Source: an uncultured Verrucomicrobiae bacterium (GTDB lineage Bacteria; Verrucomicrobiota; Verrucomicrobiia; Chthoniobacterales; UBA10450). From it: DNA of 64,000 nucleotides. The DNA is taken from assembly GCA_963756875.1 (NCBI GenBank), contig CAVWPA010000003.1:448001-512000 (forward strand). The letters are read 5' to 3'. The position numbers were made by a program, and so were the translations under genes. Below are positions 57,410 to 64,000 of this stretch, piece after piece. Numbering within the stretch: the first letter of the stretch is position 1; each line of letters opens with the position of its first letter. The notes under the pieces are model-generated. The model was given only the letters and a program-made list of their open reading frames with translations. It was not told where the DNA came from and ran no database searches.

Positions 57410-58117
57410 CTACAAGCCGAGACTCTCCTCCCGGTCGGTGAGCGAGAGGACCCGCATCTTTTTCCCGGCGTAATCGAGCGACCGAAAAGCACGGATCTCT
57501 TCGAGACGCCGCGCTCCGTTAAGTGCGTCCAGATAACGCGTGTAACTGGAAGCGAGCTCTGTCGTTTCCAGATAGCGGCCGCGCAAATTCCGGTCGCGAA
57601 ATCCCCCTGGACACTGGCGCACAAACAAATGAAATCGCAGCCAGCGCCGGTCCGCGCGCGAGACCCGCTGTGTTTTCCGGAAGAACGCGACAAAGAGAAG
57701 AAGCACAAGATACGTGTCTACTTGCGCCTGCAGCTCAAGGTTTCGCGCGAAATCTTCGGACGCAATTTCCCGCGCGCCGCATTTGAACTGCAGCGCGGCG
57801 TGCAGGGCGTGGTTGATTTCCTCCACGAACATGATGAGCGAGCGAATGTTGTGGTCCCCCAGTCCGGCGCGCGGATCGTGTCGTTCGAGTTGTTCGATCA
57901 ACCACCGCGAATAATAGATCCCGACGTAAAGACGATCGTCGGCGTGACGCAAAAACGTGCGGGCGAGCTCGCTCAGTTCGCGGGCAGATTTGCCGGCCAG
58001 TGCCGACAATTGCGCGCAACGATGCCGATCGATCAGGCAGTCCTCGAGATTAATGCCGACCTGCGCGTAGGTCCGCTCGAAGAGGCGCTGGATCTGGCTG
58101 AAGAGCGTCTCATTCAC
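57410..58117 (-). CDS. Conserved hypothetical protein
   Basis: 235 aa; VEEINH and LELQAQVDTY motifs; overlaps the upstream gene by 4 nt. Confidence 0.8.
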   Translation of the reverse strand: MNETLFSQIQRLFERTYAQVGINLEDCLIDRHRCAQLSALAGKSARELSELARTFLRHADDRLYVGIYYSRWLIEQLERHDPRAGLGDHNIRSLIMFVEEINHALHAALQFKCGAREIASEDFARNLELQAQVDTYLVLLLFVAFFRKTQRVSRADRRWLRFHLFVRQCPGGFRDRNLRGRYLETTELASSYTRYLDALNGARRLEEIRAFRSLDYAGKKMRVLSLTDREESLGL

Positions 58118-58806
58118 AACAGGAGCGACGTGCCGGCAGGTTCAGCCAAATTGAGCAGGCGATCGGAAAGTTCGTTCAGAGCAAGGCGAACATCGTGAAA
58201 GCGGCCGGCCAGCCCCTCAAACACGTCGTCGAGTTCGCAACGGCGCGCGGTCGCGTGCGACGAGAGCAGTTGATAATTCATGCTGCCAACTTGCTCGTAG
58301 AAATCGATGTCCGGCGCGCCGCGCAAGCTGCGCCGCTGCGTGTTTTCGTGAAAAATGCCGCTGATAAAGAGCGAGTAATTGCCGACGTGCGCGCGCAACA
58401 GGAATGCCTGCTCCGGGGTTGCCCGGGTCAGCGCGATCAGCATGTCGGAGATGTATTCGCATGCCTGGCTTTCGATTTTATCCGGCGCCTGCAACCGGCT
58501 GGCGCGCGAAAATGTTTCGAGTAGCGAACCGACGTAATCGCACAATTTACGATCGCCGATTCCAGCTTGTTGCAAGACATGCCTTGCGAGGACGTAAAAA
58601 TAAAATTGCGACGAGATGCGCAGATGCCCGGCGTTGGAAAGAATTGCATCGACCAGGCGCGGATGATCGAGAATGGAATCGCGCGTGTCAGCATCGCTCA
58701 GGAGATCGACCAGCGAAACATGATCGGTTTGCGAGCGCGCAAGCGTGCGAATGATGAAATCGAAATCCGCAGCGGTAAACCGCGCCCGACAATTCGCCCT
58801 GATCAT
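58114..58806 (-). CDS. Conserved hypothetical alpha-helical protein
   Basis: Start MIRANC; HVGNYSLFISGIF, DFYEQVGSMNY, FHDVRLALNEL. Confidence 0.8.
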   Translation of the reverse strand: MIRANCRARFTAADFDFIIRTLARSQTDHVSLVDLLSDADTRDSILDHPRLVDAILSNAGHLRISSQFYFYVLARHVLQQAGIGDRKLCDYVGSLLETFSRASRLQAPDKIESQACEYISDMLIALTRATPEQAFLLRAHVGNYSLFISGIFHENTQRRSLRGAPDIDFYEQVGSMNYQLLSSHATARRCELDDVFEGLAGRFHDVRLALNELSDRLLNLAEPAGTSLLL

Positions 58807-58871
58807 CGAGTTTTGCTTTATGAGCACTGGCGGTGCCAAAGGCAAGCTTGTTCAGTTGCGGCGCGATGGAT

Positions 58872-60722
58872 CTATTTTTGCGCACGAGGATCGCGGTGAT
58901 TCCACAACGACGCGATCGCTTGAATTAATTCGTTGTCTTCCGAGTCTTTTGCGGCTCGTATCGCCTGCTCGCAGGCCGCGGATGCCTCCGCTCCGTGGCC
59001 CGCCGCAATCAATGCCCGCGCGAGATAAACTCGGGTAATGACGTCGCGGGGGTTCAGTAGCAAGGCGTTCTTGAAACAAACGATCGCTTGTTCGAACTGC
59101 CTGTTGGCGGCGAGCTTGAGACCAAATTCGGCATAACGTCGGGGATTGTACCGATCGACCTTGATCGCCTCGGCGTCGGCGGCAAACGCTTCCCTGATTT
59201 TCCCCTGACGGAAATAATTGTCAGCGAGGTTTCCCAAAACTACGGCATTGGAAGGACTGAGCCGCAGTGCGGAGAGGAATTCCGCTTCCGCTCCCTGCCA
59301 CCTGCCCGTGGCGCTCAAGGCGTTACCGAGATTATTATGGGCCTGCATGAACCGCGGGTTGTCCCGCAGCGCTTGGCGGTGGCGGGCAATCGCTTGTTCA
59401 AATTCGCCGCGTTGTTCCAATACAACGCCGAGATCGGTTTGTAGAGCCCAGGCATGCGGATTCTCCCCGAGCACTGCGCGACAATAGGTTTCCATGGACT
59501 GATAGATTGCGCTTCGCCGCCATGTCTGCACAAGGAGCAGCGCCAGGGCGGCGCAGACCAGAACATACAAATGAAGCCGGGTCCGCCTGGAGGCGGCATT
59601 TAAAACCATGGCAAAACCTGCGGCGACCCCTGCAAAAATTCCAGGAGCGGCGAGATATTGCCACCAGTCAGCGCAGGAGATTTCCTGCTGCAACGCCATC
59701 CATGCAAAGCCAAGGGCCGGGAAGAGCATCAAAAGATAATAGCCGGATGCGAAAAGGACCGGCCTTCCCCAGCTTTTACGCTTCCAGGAGAACAGCGCAA
59801 GGAGTGCCACTACCAGAAGCCCTGGCAAATAAACGAACGGGGAGCGAAGGTTTGGCTGCCATTGCGGCAGCATTGGGCTCAGGTTAATCGGGAAAAAGAT
59901 CTCGCGCAGATACAGCCAGATAACGGCGCCCGCTCGCGCGATCTTCGCCGCAAGATTGGAAGCGAATAATCCGTAGTCGGTCGCGCCAGACTGGTAGCGA
60001 ATCGTGAGAAATGAGACTGCCAGCGCGATGAGAGCAAACGGAGCGATGCGCACGAAATCGCGGCGTGTAACCCGTCCGTTCATCCACAGAATACAGCCGC
60101 ATAGAACGATTGGCAGCATTACCACTGCTCCTTTGCTCAACCCCGCGAATGAGAACAGGGCGATGGACAAAAGATAAAGCTTCGTGCTGGCCCGCTTATC
60201 GGACACCAGGAAAGCGAGAACGGACCCAAAAAACAGCGCAGCCGAAAGCGTGTTCTTGAGCTCCGCAATCCACGCTACCGACGCCGCTGTCACAGGATGA
60301 ATCGCAAACACCAGCGCCGCGAGCCATGAGCCGGGAATTCGAAGAGCTCCCAGGACCCGCCACAGTAGCACCGCGGCAAGAGCGTGAAGAAAAATGTTCA
60401 CGACGTGGTAGCCCGTGGATGTCTCGTGCCAAAGCCTCTTTTCCAGCCAAAAAGTCGTAAGCGTCAGGGGCGTGTAATCGCACGAATTTTTTCCCAGCCA
60501 GATTTCCTTCAATCCCTGGACGCTTTGCATCTGCGGATTTGCGGTGAGCAAGAGGTCGTCATCCCATACAAATCCGCCGCCAACTGCTGGCAGGTAAGCA
60601 ATGATCGCGGACAAGACCAAGAGTGCGGCAAAAAGCCTGAATCGACGAGGCGGTGGATCCAAAAACAGAGTTCCTTCCGCGGCTCGCCCAATGGGATGTG
60701 CTGCAGGTTCGTCAGAACACAT
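58872..60722 (-). CDS. TMTC-like GT-C membrane protein with C-terminal TPRs
   Basis: GGFVWDD, YTPLT, YHVVNIFLH, FAIHPV..SVAWIAE, SKG; TPR repeats (AHNNLGNAL). Start set at ATG 60722, behind a sigma-54 box. Confidence 0.85.
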   Translation of the reverse strand: MCSDEPAAHPIGRAAEGTLFLDPPPRRFRLFAALLVLSAIIAYLPAVGGGFVWDDDLLLTANPQMQSVQGLKEIWLGKNSCDYTPLTLTTFWLEKRLWHETSTGYHVVNIFLHALAAVLLWRVLGALRIPGSWLAALVFAIHPVTAASVAWIAELKNTLSAALFFGSVLAFLVSDKRASTKLYLLSIALFSFAGLSKGAVVMLPIVLCGCILWMNGRVTRRDFVRIAPFALIALAVSFLTIRYQSGATDYGLFASNLAAKIARAGAVIWLYLREIFFPINLSPMLPQWQPNLRSPFVYLPGLLVVALLALFSWKRKSWGRPVLFASGYYLLMLFPALGFAWMALQQEISCADWWQYLAAPGIFAGVAAGFAMVLNAASRRTRLHLYVLVCAALALLLVQTWRRSAIYQSMETYCRAVLGENPHAWALQTDLGVVLEQRGEFEQAIARHRQALRDNPRFMQAHNNLGNALSATGRWQGAEAEFLSALRLSPSNAVVLGNLADNYFRQGKIREAFAADAEAIKVDRYNPRRYAEFGLKLAANRQFEQAIVCFKNALLLNPRDVITRVYLARALIAAGHGAEASAACEQAIRAAKDSEDNELIQAIASLWNHRDPRAQK

Positions 60723-60749
60723 GTCGTAAGGCCAGGATGTCAAAATGGC

Positions 60750-60765
60750 TGCAAGATAGATGCCA
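60750..60765 (-). promoter_or_regulatory. Putative sigma-54 -24/-12 promoter
   Basis: TGGCATCTATCTTGCA, near consensus. Confidence 0.75.
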
Positions 60766-60974
60766 TAACGACACTCGAGACTCGGTCCGGGGAAGTTGAA
60801 TTGCAGACTGGCAGAGGCGCGTGGCTATCGGGAGCTATCGCTCCCAGGTTCGACAGGTTTTCGCTTAGTGCTGGCGCGTCACGTGTCCCGCCACTGGGAA
60901 CGGCGTTCGAATCTCCGGGTCGCAACACGCGCGACTCAGCGAAGCCCGGGGACCAGGTTACCGCGGGATTTTTA

Positions 60975-61061
60975 CGGAAGGGGTGGGATTCGAACCCACG
61001 GTGGGTTGCCCCACGCTCGATTTCGAGTCGAGTGCCTTAAACCGGACTCAGCCACCCTTCC
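60975..61061 (-). tRNA. tRNA-Ser(CGA)
   Basis: Reverse complement GGAAGGGTGGCTGAGTCCGGTTTAAGGCACTCGACTCGAAATCGAGCGTGGGGCAACCCACCGTGGGTTCGAATCCCACCCCTTCCG; long variable arm; CCA not encoded. Confidence 0.96.
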
Positions 61062-61102
61062 TGATAGGGCAGAAAATCAACGGTCCGAGCCGGACGGGCA
61101 CT

Positions 61103-61188
61103 AACGTTCAACGTCGAACGCCCAACGTCCAACGGAAAAGGCATCTTTGCGTTCGATGTTCTGCGTTGGACGTTGGGCGTTCGACGTT
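61103..61188. repeat. Inverted heptamer array (AACGTYC type)
   Basis: AACGTTC AACGTCG AACGCCC AACGTCC ... GGACGTT GGGCGTT CGACGTT. Confidence 0.8.
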
Positions 61189-61333
61189 TGCAGCTTGAGT
61201 TCAAATCAGGGGTTTCGCGGCGCACTGTTTAGTTCACGAGCGCTGCCGGCGAGAAGGAGAGGTCCCTAGCTCCGCAGGGGAAGACTATCGACCGAAAAAT
61301 GTTACAATTTAGGGCTTGATTCGGGTCCGTTTT

Positions 61334-61381
61334 CCACCGCATATTGTATGTCCGCACGGCGGGACCCTCAGTATCTTGTTA
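61334..61381 (+). promoter_or_regulatory. Tandem NrdR boxes
   Basis: CCACCGCATATTGTAT (61334) and CCTCAGTATCTTGTTA (61366), starts 32 bp apart, upstream of the ribonucleotide reductase gene. Confidence 0.7.
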
Positions 61382-61441
61382 TTAACGGTTGTTAGCGGCT
61401 TTTAACAGGTTATTGGGCGCCTGCCGCGCAGCCCACCCAAG

Positions 61442-61450
61442 TTATTCACA
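61442..61450 (+). promoter_or_regulatory. DnaA box
   Basis: TTATTCACA matches TTWTNCACA, in the nrdJ leader. Confidence 0.5.
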
Positions 61451-61481
61451 AGTTTTCAACCCTTAATCCACCTCTGCCGCC

Positions 61482-64000
61482 ATGATTCAACTGAAACCCG
61501 GACTCCCGCCTTCCTCGCTAAATAAACCACGCAAATCGTCCGATCGCCGGAGCAGTCAGCCGCCGAAAAAGAAGAGTCGCGGGCTGCATTTTGAGCGTGT
61601 GTTTAGCGATGCGGCAGTCGCACCGTTCGATCAAGTCGAGTGGGAGCGGCGCACGGCGGAGATCACCGATGACGGCGCCCATGTGATTTTCAAACAGGAG
61701 AATGTCGAGGTCCCGAAGAGCTGGAGCGCGCTCGCGACCAAGATTGCGGTCTCGAAATATTTTTATGGCGATATCGCGAACGGAACGGACCCTTATAAAG
61801 GCGGCCGGGAAACATCCGTGCGGCAGCTGATTCGTCGCGTTACGCGGACGATTGCCGACTGGGGAATCGCGGACGGTTATTTTGCGGACGCGGCGACGGC
61901 GGAAGTTTTTTACGACGAACTAACCTGGCTTTGTTTGAACCAGCATGGCGCATTCAATTCGCCGGTCTGGTTTAATGTCGGCTTGTATCACGAATACGGC
62001 GTGGGCCGAGATGCGGGCGCCGGGAATTATTTTTACAATCGCAAGACGGGCGAAGCGGAGCGGGCAGCGACGCAGTACGAATACCCGCAAAGCAGCGCCT
62101 GTTTTATCCAGAGCGTGAACGACACGATGGAAGACATCATGCGCCTGGCAACCAGCGAAGCGATGCTCTTCAAATTCGGGAGCGGCACCGGCACCGATCT
62201 TTCCACGTTAAGGTCGACGCGGGAGAAGTTGAGCGGCGGCGGAAAGCCGAGCGGCCCGCTTTCGTTTCTAAAAGTGTACGATCAGGTGGCCAACGTGGTG
62301 AAAAGCGGCGGCAAAACGCGGCGCGCCGCAAAGATGAACACGCTGAAAGATTTCCATCCCGATATCGAAGAGTTCATCGACGCGAAGCAAAAGGAGGAAA
62401 AAAAGGCGTGGGCGCTGATTGAGCGCGGTTACGACGGCAGCTACAACGGCGACGCTTACGGCTCGGTAATGTATCAGAACGAAAACCTTAGCGTGCGCGT
62501 GAGTGACGAATTCATGGAAGCGGCGCTGGAAGGCCGCGAATGGTGGACGCGCCGCGTGATCGACGGCCAGCCATGCGACCGCAAGGATGCGCGGGCGCTC
62601 CTGCGAAAAATTGCCGAAGGGACGCATGTCTGCGGCGATCCGGGAATGCAGTTCGATACGACGATCCACAAATGGCATACCTGCAAGGGCACCGGCCGCC
62701 AGAATTCCACCAATCCCTGCAGCGAGTATCTCTTTCTCGATAACACCGCCTGCAATCTCGCGTCGTTTAATTTGATGAAGTTCAAGACTGAGGACGGCGA
62801 TTTCGACATCGACCGATTCAAAGCCGCGGTGCGCGTGTTTATCACCGCCCAGGAAATCGTCGTCGATAATGCCAGTTATCCGATCAAGGAGATCGCGGAA
62901 AACTCGCACATTTTCCGCACGCTCGGTCTCGGTTACGCCAATCTGGGATCGCTGATCATGAGTTACGGGTATGGCTACGACAGCGTGGAGGGGCGCGCCT
63001 TGTGCGGCGCAATTACCGCGGTCATGACCGGCGAAGCTTACGAACAAAGCGCGCGAATCGCGAAAGTCATGGGCCCGTTTCCCGGATACAAGGATGCGCA
63101 TTGCAGCGGCGTGCCCAAGCCGATCGCCAAAAACAATGTCGCATCGATGCTGGAAGTGATCGATCTGCATCGCGACGCGGTCGATGAGATTCCAGATGTG
63201 GACGAGTTCGCGTACTTAAAAGAGGAAGCCGCCAAAACCTGGAAGCGTGCCGCCGATCTCGGCAAACGCCACGGTTATCGGAACGCGCAGGTGACCGTGC
63301 TGGCGCCCACCGGCACGATCAGTTTCCTGATGGACTGCGACACCACTGGGATCGAGCCGGATATCGCGTTGGTGAAATACAAACTGCTGGCCGGGGGCGG
63401 CATGTTGAAAATCGTGAACCAAACGGTCAAGCCGGCGCTGGAGAAGATTGGTTACACTTCCGACGAGGTCGACCGGATCGTTGCCCACATCGACGCGTTC
63501 GACACGATCGAAGATGTGCAGGACGCCGACGGATCCATCATTTCGTCCGGGCTGAAACCGGAGCACCTGCCGATATTCGATTGCGCGTTCAAACCGTTCA
63601 AAGGCGAGCGTTCGCTTCATTACGTCGCGCACCTGCGGATGATGGCGGCGGCGCAGCCGTTTTTGAGCGGCGCCATCTCCAAGACTGTCAACATGCCCGA
63701 GTCGGCCACGGTCGAGGACATCATGAACACGTATGTGGAAGGATGGCGGCTCGGTTTGAAATCGATCGCGATTTATCGAGAAGGCTCGAAGCGGTCCGCG
63801 CCGCTTAATACGCGCAAGACCCGCGACATGGGCACGGCGGACAGCGCTGACGTCGCGCTCGATGTTACGATAGAGCGCGACGATTTTGAGAAACGCATTC
63901 TCGAACTCGAAGAAGAGCTGGCCAGGGTGCGGGTCGAAGTCGACAAACCGGTTCGCCATCGCATGCCGGACACGCGTATGTCGTTGACGCACCGGTTCGA
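61482..64000 (+). CDS. nrdJ: Vitamin B12-dependent (class II) ribonucleotide reductase, partial (runs off the window)
   Basis: Absent from the ORF track because it has no stop in the window. Translated by hand: [58 protein letters not shown]. Confidence 0.95.
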   Translation, partial: MIQLKPGLPPSSLNKPRKSSDRRSSQPPKKKSRGLHFERVFSDAAVAPFDQVEWERRTAEITDDGAHVIFKQENVEVPKSWSALATKIAVSKYFYGDIANGTDPYKGGRETSVRQLIRRVTRTIADWGIADGYFADAATAEVFYDELTWLCLNQHGAFNSPVWFNVGLYHEYGVGRDAGAGNYFYNRKTGEAERAATQYEYPQSSACFIQSVNDTMEDIMRLATSEAMLFKFGSGTGTDLSTLRSTREKLSGGGKPSGPLSFLKVYDQVANVVKSGGKTRRAAKMNTLKDFHPDIEEFIDAKQKEEKKAWALIERGYDGSYNGDAYGSVMYQNENLSVRVSDEFMEAALEGREWWTRRVIDGQPCDRKDARALLRKIAEGTHVCGDPGMQFDTTIHKWHTCKGTGRQNSTNPCSEYLFLDNTACNLASFNLMKFKTEDGDFDIDRFKAAVRVFITAQEIVVDNASYPIKEIAENSHIFRTLGLGYANLGSLIMSYGYGYDSVEGRALCGAITAVMTGEAYEQSARIAKVMGPFPGYKDAHCSGVPKPIAKNNVASMLEVIDLHRDAVDEIPDVDEFAYLKEEAAKTWKRAADLGKRHGYRNAQVTVLAPTGTISFLMDCDTTGIEPDIALVKYKLLAGGGMLKIVNQTVKPALEKIGYTSDEVDRIVAHIDAFDTIEDVQDADGSIISSGLKPEHLPIFDCAFKPFKGERSLHYVAHLRMMAAAQPFLSGAISKTVNMPESATVEDIMNTYVEGWRLGLKSIAIYREGSKRSAPLNTRKTRDMGTADSADVALDVTIERDDFEKRILELEEELARVRVEVDKPVRHRMPDTRMSLTHRF

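Noticed and set aside
61200..61481. Cobalamin riboswitch upstream of nrdJ
   Set aside because: No recognisable B12-box or conserved core by eye; NrdR-like boxes explain the leader. A covariance-model search would be decisive.
62268..63992. Long minus-strand ORFs (300 and 258 aa)
   Set aside because: They are antisense shadows of nrdJ; the same applies to 28866..30008, 53371..54312 and many short overlapping ORFs in this GC-rich DNA.

Overview
Bacterial chromosomal window, most likely from a soil Verrucomicrobiota genome (Chthoniobacterales / 'Ca. Udaeobacter'-like; inferred from gene content, PEP-CTERM style and intergenic repeats). The flanks carry housekeeping genes: mutM, M28 peptidase, tRNA-Thr, GT4, trxB and a cysteine desulfurase on the left; pdxH, a macrodomain, a multiheme cytochrome with ResB and CcsA, infA, a ClC channel, gmhA, tRNA-Val, fumC, tRNA-Ser and a class II ribonucleotide reductase running off the end on the right. 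Between them lies a ~24.5 kb cell-surface island (about 10.0-34.5 kb). It holds a secreted trypsin-like protease, a three-gene minor-pilin cassette, five PEP-CTERM proteins plus one variant, an exosortase, two paralogous TPR-like proteins in a duplicated PEP-CTERM/TPR module, a PilT ATPase plus a PilT remnant, a Cys-less thioredoxin fold, a transglutaminase-like peptidase, an O-antigen-ligase/TPR protein, and two unrelated secreted proteins ending in the same 'PP..VVSP' C-terminus. Eleven genes in the window, nine of them in the island, have sigma-54-like -24/-12 boxes, most just upstream of the start codon. Four frameshifted genes all break at GTAC sites, suggesting DNA-modification-driven sequencing errors. 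No CRISPR, rRNA, integrase or transposase was seen. All calls come from reading the sequence; no searches were run.
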